DNA from: Balamuthia mandrillaris
Lineage: Eukaryota
NCBI GenBank assembly: GCA_031835245.2
Contig: JAVKOQ020000013.1
Location: 310,001-374,000 of the forward strand
Direction: 5' to 3'
DNA length: 64,000 bases
Each line of letters starts with the position of its first letter. Within the stretch, counting starts at the first letter, position 1. Of the stretch, positions 49,190 to 60,530 are shown piece after piece. A program made the translations under genes and the position numbers. Under the pieces are notes generated by a model. That model was not told the DNA's origin. It saw only the letters and a program-made list of their open reading frames with translations, and searched no databases.

Positions 49190-52100
49190 TTATTCTCTTT
49201 GTGCAGCTCCTCGTTGTGTTTTCAATCCACTCTCTTCTCGACGCCGACGCATTTCATCCTCTTCTAAAGAAGATCGTGAGCGCAAAGAGTTACTTCGTGT
49301 GCTGTCAGTTGTTGTGGTAGTGGAAGATGGAGCATAGCTCCTTCTTTCCATCGTGAATGAAGATAGAGATGCACCTCCTTCTGTTTCTTCTTCTTCCCCA
49401 TCTTCATTTTGTAGTAGTTCTACTTCGCCGAGTAAAGAAGGAGATGACATCCAAGTACGACTTCGTTGGTTTCTTTTTCTTACAATTCCACCCCCTTTGG
49501 TTTGTTCTCCCTCCTCTCCTCCTTCTGGCTCGGTTGTTCTTTCGATTGTTGTTGTTGTTGTTGTTGTTGAAGACGAAGTCAAAGAAGAAAGGGAAATCTT
49601 CCTTCTTGCTTGCTGAAGCTGTTGTTGAAGTATTTCTAGTTGTGTTTGTAAACGAAGGATGTGATTCTCAAGGGCCAGGTTGATCTTCTTAATGGTTTCG
49701 TATTTACCTTCAATGGACTTGATTTTGGCTATGGACACTTGTTGTTGATAGCTCAGCAGCTGTTTTTGGGATGTGCTCAGAGACTCTCTTTCCTCTTTCT
49801 CCTTCTCCAACTGGGCCAATCGTTGCCGCAATTCGAATAGTTGTCCTTGGCAGTGTTGATACTGTTTTGTGTTGATGGGAAATATATATGTCAAGTACCA
49901 AAAAGAAAGTAACAAAAGAGACGGAAAGAATTACCTTATCGTTGGCTTGATCGAGTTGTTCGTGCAACGAAGTAACAAGATCTCCCCTTTGCTCCAACAA
50001 CTGTTTCGTTCTCTCTCGTTCTGAATAACTTCCACTTAAACTTTCTTTTCTCCGTCGCGGTTGATGCTGCGAGGTTCCATCCATCTCGTTCTCCTTCTCT
50101 TTCTCGTTCTCCTCTCTTTCCCTTTCTCGTTGTTTCTTTTGATGCAGCTGATCCCACAAAATCAACTCCTCATTCAACGCAGTGATCCTCTTCTGCAAAT
50201 CATCCTGTTGTCGCAATCTCGAGCTCAAGTCCTCTACTTTCGTTCTCAACTGCAACACTGCGTTCGTCTTTTCTGCCAGCTTTAAAGTGCTTCTCTCCAA
50301 GTTGTCATTTGCATACTCTACCTGTAAACGAAGAGCATGAAGCTCTTCGCTCATGTTTCTGTTTTCATCGAACAAAGCGTTCATCTTCTTGAGCAGCTCC
50401 TCCGTTTGAGCGCGATGGCTCTGTTTCAGAAGAGAGATCTCCTGTTGTCGTTGGAGCAAGAGTTCGTGCATTTGACGAAGCAGCTCGTACTGCGTTTGCA
50501 CTTGATTAGCCGCAGCAAAGTACTTTGCCTCTGCGCTGAGAATGGCGATGGAGTCCTTTTGCAAAGTGCCGAGGCGACGAAGAAACTGTTGGCGGAGGTA
50601 ACGCTCGAAGAGAAGTTCGTTGTGGAGGACGAGGTATTCTTTCATTACTTGGTTGGGATCCGCTACGTGACTCGCAATGGTTGTGGTAGTTGCTGTGGCG
50701 GCCCTCCTTCCGTCTTGTCTGGCTTGTGTATGTTGTTGTAGTCCGTCCGTTTCTCCTTGCTTTGCAATATTTGGAATGAGGAGAAAGAACGAAAGGTGAG
50801 AAAAGAACAAAGCAAGGAAGAGAGAGGTAAGTCCAACCCAAGGATCGATGGCGACTCCTAATTCGAGATGTCTTTCCAACAAACTTTGCAACTGAAGTAT
50901 CTTCAATCCGAGTTCGTTGCTGAAAAGACTGTCACTCAACTTATTGTTGAGTCTCTTCCCAACGACAGGAAAACTATGTCTTGTAAACTTGGTCTTATTC
51001 TTCAACCCTTCTCTGCTTTCTCTCTCTTCTGTTCTTTCTTCTGTTAGATCTGTTGTTCTAATGCTGTTTAAGTCGGTAATGTTGACGATAGATGCTGCAG
51101 CAGAGAGTTCTGCGTCTATCTCGTTGCACACCTTTTCTACTTCTTGTAGCCATGCTTGATCTTTCTTGCTTGCCTCTTCTATTGATTCGTCATTCTGCTT
51201 CTCTGCTTCTTCTTCATCATCAATAATGCTATTGTTTTGCTGTTTCCTCTTTTCTACTGGAGAAGTCGCTAATGCACGTTTAAGGGAGTCATCTGAAGGA
51301 TAATGGGCATGCAGTCGTTTGAATTCATCCTTATTGTATGGTAAGCAATCGCCGACAAGAGATTGTTTGTATGAACATAAATGCAAAGAAAGAGAGAGAG
51401 AGAGAGAGAAAGAAAGAAAGAAAGAAAGAAAGAAAAGGTACCATTTTTCCTTTGTATTGATAGTAGTATTCTCCCATAGATTGAGTCACAATACTATGTG
51501 GCTCTTTGTTCTTCCATCGTTCCAACGTTAACTCTCCTTTCTTTGTAGATGTCAGCAAAGCAGGATTTAATGGTAATGGCGTCACTAATGGCTAAAAAAC
51601 AAAACACCGTTCGGTTAATAAATAGTGAGGAACAAGAAGATGTACAAAAGGAGGTAAATGGTACTCGTATCCGATGTTGAAAGTAGGATTCATGGCGTTG
51701 CTTCCGGATGAAAGCTACCAAGTTACAAGGAAACATTCCGTAAAGATGATGAAAGTAAACGCTCAGGGCTCGTCCCAGCTCGGGCGGCGGCGGAGGTATT
51801 GGCGCTGTTTATCGTTAGCTTTGAAGAGAGATGCGTGAAAAAGAAAGAATAGCAAACCTTCCAAAATGGTACCTCCACTATATTTGTAGTCATTATCGCG
51901 CGAGGCCAGTGATCTACCTTGCTGTGAGTGACGTTCTGCTTGTTTCTCTGAAGAAGAAGAACAAAAAGCCGATGATGACGATGTTGTTGTTGTTGCAATA
52001 GAACTGTCGTCGTTGCTGGGACTATTATCTATTCTTGGTTCGGTCTCGATGCCCCACAACAGCAACCGTTTTAGAATGACAAAGAGTTGGGGAAGAGCAG

Positions 52101-53336
52101 CAGGAAGGAATGGTAACAAGTTTGGCAGCAGCATTATCAGCGTCCACAACGTTATAGACACTACCTCCACCTGTTGTACAGTCTTTTTACAAAAAAGTGA
52201 GAAGGAAAGGAAGAGAAGGTGAACCACATGAAGAGATAGAATAAAGGAAGAAAGAGAGTGTCACCGTCAAGATATGAAGGAGAAGAGAAAAGGTGGGTGT
52301 GTTGGCAATTTCATACAGGCGTGGCCCCTATAATAAGATGCAAAGGAAGAAGAAACATTAAGACTAGTTTTGAAAGACAAGGGAAAATAGTCTATTTTGT
52401 GCTCAGAAAGAAGAATTACATACCTGACGATGAACGATAGCAGCCAAAAGATGCACAGCGGTCAGTCTGTGCACTGATGAAGAGAGGTATGGCTCCACCT
52501 CCACAAAAAACATCTAAACAGCACAAAATTTAAGCTGCCGTTAGTTGAAGCTGGAAGACAAACAAGAAGATGAAACAGGAAAAGCAGAAAAAGAAGAAGC
52601 AAAAGAGAAAGGAGAAGAAGAAGAAAGAAGAAAGAAGAAAGAAGAAAGAACAACAACAACATAGGACAACAAGAAGGAAAATGAAGCACCAACGTACCTT
52701 CATCTGAAGCTCAGCAAAGCCAACAAGAATGGTCCTGACAAAGGAGGAAGACACAAAGGAATAAAACGAGTTGGAGGTGGCGCTCGAGCTGACAGCAGCC
52801 GAAAAGTACACCTCAAACACCATTTTACGGACGGAGAGGTCGCGGGCCATCAGGTCTTGAACCAGCGACTTCACCACCCGTCTCAGCTCCAGGTCCCTCG
52901 TCCTAAAGTTGCGCTCGTGGAGGACGACGTGTCGCCACCACGGCACGACGTGCTCCTCCCCAAAGGACAGCACGAAGCGGTGCAGAAAGGTGAGGTAGAC
53001 GCTCAGCTGGCGTTCGCTGAGGCGCTCCACTGCAAAATTTTGGTCGGTGGCATCGAAGAGGAGGTGAAGGAATGGATGGGGCGGGGAGGGAGCGGTAGCA
53101 GCAGCAGAGGTGTGGATGGGTGGAGTAGAATAAGAAGATGATGGGGTGGAAGGAATGGATGAGGAGGAGGAGGAGGAAGATGAGGAAGGAGGAGGGGAAT
53201 GGGTGGAGGAAGAGGAGGAGGAGGAAGACGAAGAGGGAGGAGGAGCTTGCGTGCGTTCGATGGTGGAGCAGAGCTTCTCGTCAAAGTGGCCTTCTAGGAT
53301 GGACTTGACCACACCCTTGCACAAACTGGAGAGCAT
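49190..53336 (-). CDS. TSC1: Hamartin (TSC1) homologue, multi-exon
   Basis: GMFPCNLVAFIR and LNPALLTSTKKGELTLERWKNKEPHSIV match the hamartin core. Coiled coil opens with LVLHNELLFERYLRQQFLRRLG. Confidence 0.82.
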
Positions 53337-53544
53337 CTCGTGCCTCTCTCTCTTTTCAAAAACAACACAACGCCTCTTTCTCTCTTTCTCTCTGTGTAAC
53401 TTTCTTCTTTTCTGTTTGTTTTAATACCTTAATTAGACCAACAGACGTCAGCTTTATTCCTTTTATAATCCATATGACATCATTCTATTAATTAAAATAT
53501 TCCTTTTATGCGCATTGGTGTCGACATGTATTTCAAATATTTTG

Positions 53545-56337
53545 TTATGCGTGTTGTTGCTCTTCCACTGCTCCCTCCTCCTCCTCGTGGGTTGGTTCGG
53601 GGATCTTGGGAGGGAAGTCCAAGTGAATGGCCGTCACGTCCAGCTGCAGGATATCCGTCTCGCAGCCCAGCAACGAGCCGATGCTCGGCGCTGTCCTGCC
53701 GAGGTCGCCGTGCACCAACTCCTTGACGTAGGTCCCTGCCGAGGTCACCACATCCAAGATGAAAAAATGGGGAGAAAGATATTGTGCTGATAAGGAGTGC
53801 ACCGTTTTCTCTCTTGTCATTAGCGTCCTCCTGATATCATTCAACAAAATACAGAAGAACAAGCATTCCACGTTAACAACAAGAAAGAAAGAAATGATAA
53901 GAGAAAAGCAAGAATCAGAGAAAGGAACAACCAAAAACCAACAACGAAAGAATGTATGAAGGAAACGACAGGATGGGAAAGAAAGAGATAGAACTGCAAA
54001 AATTGGAAAGCATACCTGTGTAAAACTCGAATGGGAGTCATCTGTTGTACCTTGAGGTCTTTGACATCTTTCATAAAGTCGAAATCCTTCGGCTCCAGCT
54101 CTTTCTCCGCCCAAACGACGCATCTGTAAGCCTTGCTTTTGTGTTCTTCTCCATCCTTTAACTTATTAAAGTCTTTCCTGTTTCACCACAATTTAAAAGA
54201 ATGAGAACGGGAGAAACAAAATGAAAACATTGCAGGCAGAAGTAAGAAACAAACTTTTTGATCCTTTGCAAGTCTCTGATACGAATCTTGTTGGTGCTTC
54301 GATTGATGGCCTGTTGCATTTGTATAAAGTCTTGCGCGGTATATTTGGTCTTGCGGGGATTGATCAGCTCCATCACGAATGGTCGCCCATCACCCAACAT
54401 CCTCACATCCACGTCTTCTCTCCCTGAAGCCGAAAACTTGACGTCTTTATTATTTTTGGATGAGTGGTTTATGAGCAGTTATTTAGCGAGAAAGGACACA
54501 AGGAGAGGGAGAGCACAAACCTTCATATTTGAAGTTGTCAAGAAGAACAGCTTGGATAATTTGGGAGACGGATGTAGTGGAGTTCAGCCTTCCATCGATC
54601 ATCCATGGTGATTGACTCAACGCTCTTGAATACTTGTTATATCTTCCTATTGTATAAAGGAATGAATACTTGCAGAGAGCAAAGGAAACAAGAGAGCACG
54701 GGAAAGAGAGGAAAGTAACCAGCAATGAAGATTGACATGTGGAAGAATGCAAAGTCGTAGTAGGCGCACGTGGAGATAGGAGAAGGAGGTACTGCCCCAT
54801 ATCTGTTATCATTGCAAACTGAGATACTGGAAAGCGCGAGGGGGTTATAAACTTAGTATTGAATAGGGATCTTACTTCATGAAGGTTTGCATGCTCAGTC
54901 CTTGCAAGGCCTTTTGAATAGCAGTGATTGATGCATCCTCAACACCGCTGCTGCCTTTCTATATGAGTAAACAACCGAGATCAGGAATCAACAAATAAGA
55001 AGAAAGAAGAAAGAAGATAAACAAAGCACAAAAGAGCAGAGAGAAGGAAAAGATAAAAGTTGTGAGATTACCGCTCTGCGTCCTTTTCGTCTACCTTTGT
55101 GAGGACGTAAGTTGGCTTCTCGTATTTGATACAAGAATTCATGTTCTTTTTCGGTTTCTGGATGCTTAAATGTCATTTGTACCTTGAAAAGAGCCTTTGA
55201 CAGAGTAATAAGAGAATGACGACGCTAGAACCTGGATTATGTCTAAAAAGTGAGAAGTGCAACAAACCTCTGGGCTGAAACACAAGCCCAACTCATGTCG
55301 CAGGACGTAGCCCAACACCCACTTGATGCCTTCTTTGATCTCCACCACCGAGTCCCAGAGTGTCTCATCTTCGAACAGAACGTCCGAGCTTAATGAAGTT
55401 ATTTTGGTGGCACGTTAAATGGAGAAGACAGAAGAGCAGGAAAAGAATCTTACCCAAAGGTAGATTTGAGGTGATACCACACGGCGTATTGCCTGGTGAT
55501 AGTGCTGGCAGGGAGGGTCACTGTCAGCGAGTAATCATCAAACTCGTAGCCACAATTGGGAAAGATGGCCATCAAGCTTTGCAAAAAGGCTTGGGTGGAG
55601 ATGTGTTGCAGAGTGCCGAGACAAGCGATGCATATGTTGGGAGCTGCTGTTCCTTTGTATTCCTCTTCTTTCTCTTTCGCTTTCTCCTTCTCTTTCTCTT
55701 CTGTTTGTTTTTCTTCCTGTTGTTGTCGCTCCTCCTCTTCTTCCTCTTCGTTCTGTCGATTGTGTTGTTTCGTCATCATCGGCGGTTTGCTGGTAAACTC
55801 TGAAGCGATGTGATGTCTCTCCAAAGGAACTATGTATGTTATATCAATCGTACAAAAACGAGTTCAACATAACACCTTACATTACAAAAAAAAAAGAAAA
55901 GAAAAACAATGAGTGAATGGTACCTTCAGGAGCGGAGGTGGTGTCGGGCAGTTGGGTGTCACGCCAGTTGGCGTAGCGGGCCTTGTACTCCTCCGTCATG
56001 TCTTCATAGAGAGCTGCTATCAAAGATCCCAACAACTATTTTGTTCGTTTGTGTCACAGTTAGAATAAATCTAAAAGGGTTGAGATCAACAAAGAGAGAG
56101 AGTTCGTGCCTCATCCGGCTGACGATAGAGAGCAAAAGTCTTCTCGTTGATGAATCGGAAGCAACAGCGCTTGCAACAGCCGCGACCCAACAGCTCGAAC
56201 AACACGGGCACTCGACGCTTGGACACAATGTCCCGATCGATGCCGAGCTTGAAGCTCGCCACCTGTCTGTCGTAAACTTGCCTGGCGGCCGCCCCTCCAT
56301 CGGCCTCGCCCGTCGAAGCGGAAGCAGCAGAGGCCAT
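53545..56337 (-). CDS. PUS10: tRNA pseudouridine synthase Pus10, multi-exon
   Basis: N-terminal CKRC..CIACLG, GRYNKYSRALSQSPW, catalytic SGREDVDVRMLGDGRPF, QMTPIRVLHR, and AGTYVKELVHGDLGRTAPS..DILQLDV. Confidence 0.93.
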
Positions 56338-56521
56338 GGTTCCTCTCTCTTCTTTTTTTTTTTGTTTTGTGAGCTCCTTTCGATCTCAGATTGATAGAGT
56401 ATCTGATTTTTGGTTGGTCGATCACCGAAAGCGTCAACTACTGTGCTCGAAAGGACCACAATTGGAGCAGTAAAACAGCTCGATTGCTGCGCGACTCAAA
56501 AGAAGAAAGAAAGAAAACGCA

Positions 56522-58027
56522 ATGGGAGTGGCTGCGGTGCTGGCCACCGGCGTTGCGGCATGGGTCCTCTTCTTCGCTGTCATGAAAGCGTTGGAGCACG
56601 TCTTCAGGGAGCGGCTCTACTACTTGCTGGAGAACCGACTTCACCTTACAGGTTTTTTGAAAAAAAAATTCTCCCTTTTTCTATTTTGTTGGATCGTTTC
56701 GTCTGAGAACTTTCTCATCTCTCTCTCTCTCTCTCTTTGCTTTTGATTTGATTTTTTTTCTTTCTCTCTGGTTCAGTTCAACTGGGGCATATTCGGTGGT
56801 ACACAAGACGTTTCAATCGGTTCTTTTGTAGTTTTGGGCAACGCCACAAGGCTTTCCTAACTCTTTGGTTCGACTTTGGGGTGCTGGTCTCGTTCTTGGC
56901 TTTGCTGCTGTCCGTCTTCATTCTGTTGTATAATCTGTACTGGAGCCTCGCTGCGCCTGAGAAGGAACAAGTCCTCACCCCTGTGGTAACGCTCCTTTTC
57001 CCATGCACACACTCCCTCAGTAGCACGTTGCTTACGCTCTCTTCATTTTTTTCTACCTCTCTGCTGCTCTTCTCTTCTCTTCTCTCCACCGTTCTCTTCT
57101 CTCTCCTCCATTCTTCTAGATCCCAGGCGTGAACGTCCCATCCTCTCAAGTGCCATACTACCTCATAGCATTGCTGGTCAGCGGCATTATTCATGAGTTT
57201 GGCCATGCCATTGCCACCACCAGCGAGGGAGGGTCCATAGAAGGATCTGGCGTGTTTCTCTTCTTCCTCTATCCCGGAGCATTTGTAGATATCAAGGACT
57301 CTGTCTTTGTACAACTGTCCAAGTGGAAGCAGCTCAAAATATTTTGTGCGGGAGCTTGGCACAATGTGGTTGTAGGCATTGTCTGTTTGCTACTCCTGTG
57401 GTTTTTGCCTTTAGTATTGAGCCCATTCTATTCTACTGGTGGGGGAGTTGTTGTTTCATATGTGAGCAAGGTACCATGCCATTTGTTTTTGCTCTTTTAT
57501 ATCCTTGTGGCCTACTTAACTAATGTTTAACATTATGCCATTTATTATCGCCACTTTCTCCTATTCTTTGTATCATGAAAAGGACTCTCCTTTCTATGGG
57601 CACACAGTGGCGGGGGATGTATTAACGGGAGTAGGGGACTGTCAGGTAAACACGTTGGACAATTGGGTGGGTTGTTTGTTCCAACTCTCATCTGGCATTG
57701 CGCGTAACTATGGCCGAGCGATGAACCACAACCCTGACTCCGGACAACAACCTGCAACAATGGCAGGAGAACATGACGCTGTTTCCATTATGCCACCAGA
57801 AAAAGATGACCATATGTTCCACAAACTTGTTGACCAGAACACTGGAAGAGAGCTTGTAACTGACGTACAAGGTTTTTGTCTGAGCGCTCGCGCTTTGCGG
57901 GAAGCAGAGGGAGATCAACGTTGTTGCTTTAGTGAAGAGGAAGTTATGACAACAACTTCCGATGGACAACAACACACCCTCCAATGTTTTTACTCTCGTG
58001 CACTTGTGGATAATCGTGAGGTAATTC

Positions 58028-58066
<39 letters not shown>

Positions 58067-59021
58067 CTTGTCGTCTTTTTCTTTTCTCTCATAAGTATTC
58101 CCCTTTCGAGTCTCTTTCTTTATCATCTGTTTGTAGTGTTTACAATTTCTTTGCTGTTTATGTTCTTGATTATTGCAGGAATTGGTGAGTAGGGCCGGTT
58201 TTCCTGAACTCCCTCCATCGACGCAGCCATCGCCTCTGTTTTGTCATGTTGCTCGGGAAGTGGCGATCAACAACCAATGCATCATAGATGAGGATTGCAA
58301 TGGCAGTGCCGGTAACCATATCCGTCTCCTACCAAGCATACAAGTAGAACCAGCAGGAATGCTTACCTCTTCTTTTTCGTTTCTTTTCTTTTTGGCACAA
58401 AACAGGCCTCTCTTTATGTGTTCGTGGAATGGTGGATCCTATTACCAGCATTATCAAGGTGACGAAAGAGGACGGCTCCTTCTTGCTTTTCAATGGCCAT
58501 CCCCAAGTGGTTTTCTCTTCCTGTTCGTAATTGCCCTCTCCACTGCGAAAGGACCCATAATGTGGACAAGAGAGAGAGAAGAGAAGAGAAAACGTCGACC
58601 TTTATAACTGACCTTGCGTGCTTGCTCTAATTCACATAGTGGTGGTGTCAAACTACACTCCTCGGTGGTCCATCATTCGGGCGTTAACCATGCTGATCGA
58701 CCTTCCTCTCTTCCTGGAAAAGTTACTTCGGTACGACCGCCATTTATCTTTGCTGCTTTTTGTACCACCTTTGACTCTTTATCTATTTGTTTACAAAATA
58801 GGTACCTCATTTCCATCTCAGGCGCGTTGGCGATCATCAACATGGCACCCGTGTTCTATTTGGATGGGCAGCACGCTTGCGAAGCGTTCGTTGCGGTACT
58901 GTGGCCCGATGGTGCCCCTCGCAAAAGGCAATTGCTCTGCAAGTGCATCTTTTGGAGCGTGACCGTGCTATTTATTTTGAACGTTATCTTCTCGCTTCGG
59001 GCCTTGGCCTTCAGTCGATAG
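56522..59021 (+). CDS. MBTPS2: Site-2 protease (M50 intramembrane zinc metalloprotease), multi-exon
   Basis: HEFGH zinc motif, YPGAFV, KIFCAGAWHN, Cys-rich PDZ-like lumenal region, and SGALAIINMAPVFYLDG. Confidence 0.92.
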
Positions 59022-59120
59022 ATAACCCTTTGCTTGTTATTTTGTTTGTTTTTCTTTACCTGTACATACTATGCTCCTCCCGTTTCCTACCCTTCGCTCC
59101 TTCTTTTTTCAGGCTTCTGA

Positions 59121-59474
59121 GCTCCTCTCAACCTTTTTGGGTTTTGGTTATCCTTGTAATGTATAACAGACATTCAAGCGAAAGTTCACGCCGCCTGCGC
59201 GGATAAGGTCATCGACACCCGTAGAAGGCAAGACTTTCCCTTCTATGGGTGTGCACGGACCACGGCATGGATTCGTCATCACGTGCGGTGATCAAGGCGG
59301 CAGTGATCGATGGTGTGCCTCTTCCGGGGGCCCCACCAAACGCAAACGCGCTAGCGGGCTAGCGTAACTACAAAAAAATGTCTGAGGCATGAAGTAGGAG
59401 TGGAGCGTTTATTTTTTGTTTTTCTCAGTCTATAGCTTTGCGTTCCCATGCGTGACTAAGCGAGAGACATGAGC
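59121..59474 (+). ncRNA. Candidate structured RNA, possibly RNase P/MRP-like
   Basis: Several complementary helices (59215-59228/59239-59252; 59190-59196/59295-59301; 59311-59315/59334-59338; 59349-59355/59358-59364). GAAAGTTCACGC (59180-59191) can pair with GCGTGACT (59450-59457) leaving a bulged U. Family identity unverified. Confidence 0.35.
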
Positions 59475-60044
59475 ACCTGCGTTCGCGTGCCCGAGGAAGG
59501 CAACCCTGGTTGTACTGAACTGTGCCGTCCGTTCGGCGAAGGTAGCACCACACCCCCACTTCGCAAGCGTGGTGCCGCTTCTTCTGGGGATGGTTACTCC
59601 GCTCAGCCCTCAGTGGATCCAACCAGTCCTCCAGGTCCCAAACGAGTTCGAACAGAGGGAGTGTTCTCTCCCTGGCGCTTTCCATTAGACAACCTTCAAG
59701 TTACAACGCATGCAGTAGAGTCACATGGCAACGAGTCTTGTACTTTCGAAGAGCTTAACAGCTCCATTCAACTGCTTTGCCACCAATTCCTGCAAGAATG
59801 TCCTGCAAGTGAACAAGCTACAAGAACTCCTCTGCTTCGGCCAGCGTCTTCCTCTTCTTTTCTTCTCGGCAACTCACAATGTGCGGCACCCATTCACGAT
59901 CCCAATGAGCAAGGGGATACCGATGAAGAGGAGGAAGAGGAAAACGGACAATTGTGGCGCCTTTTCCCTTACTGTACGGAACACTCGATCCATCGACGGC
60001 CCTACGAGGATCTCTACGAGTTTTTTCAGCGTTGTTTATTTTGA
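59469..60044 (+). CDS. Hypothetical 191-aa protein with basic NLS-like motifs
   Basis: ATG-initiated intronless ORF containing PLRKRG, SPPGPKRVR and an acidic patch. No domain recognised. Confidence 0.55.
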   Translation: MSTCVRVPEEGNPGCTELCRPFGEGSTTPPLRKRGAASSGDGYSAQPSVDPTSPPGPKRVRTEGVFSPWRFPLDNLQVTTHAVESHGNESCTFEELNSSIQLLCHQFLQECPASEQATRTPLLRPASSSSFLLGNSQCAAPIHDPNEQGDTDEEEEEENGQLWRLFPYCTEHSIHRRPYEDLYEFFQRCLF

Positions 60045-60081
60045 ACCTTATATACCCATGCTGTTCCATGTAAATAATAAT

Positions 60082-60116
<35 letters not shown>

Positions 60117-60530
60117 AAGAGAAACAGAAACACAAAAATAGGGAGAGAAGCCAGAGAGAGAGAGAGAGAGAGAGAGAAGAGAACACTGCTATCCTGAGAG
60201 TGAGGGAATCAGAATAGCACCAAAGGAAAGCCACCGTTTCCCGCAGGAGGCCTGAACCCAGGTTGGTTCGGTGAGGGACCTTGTCGACACTGATTTGGTT
60301 CGATTATTCCCGATAATCCCATGGGGGTAACAAATGACAAACGCGCAATGGTTTGGTTCGGTGGTGGTCCTTGTCGTCCCTAATTTTCCTCGCTGATACT
60401 AGCAGGAAAGGGAATGGACCTTGTTGCTGCCATTTTATCCCTTACCATTTCTTTTCAATCATCTCCTGAGGTGCTATCATGTCGACTTGAAGATCAAAAT
60501 GATGAAAGAGAAGAGCGAAGAAGAAAAGGG

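Noticed and set aside
498..53336. Apparent cluster of small-GTPase/TOR signalling genes (TBC GAP, Rab21, RasGEF, TSC1, GPCR)
   Set aside because: These families are abundant in amoebae and are interspersed with unrelated metabolic genes. Nothing supports a functional cluster.
59161..59420. Assignment of the structured element to U1/U2/U3/U4/U5/U6, SRP, 5S or tRNA
   Set aside because: Their diagnostic motifs (ACUUACCUG, GUAGUA, ACAGAGA, GCCUUUUAC loop, SRP helix 8, cloverleaf) were not found on either strand.
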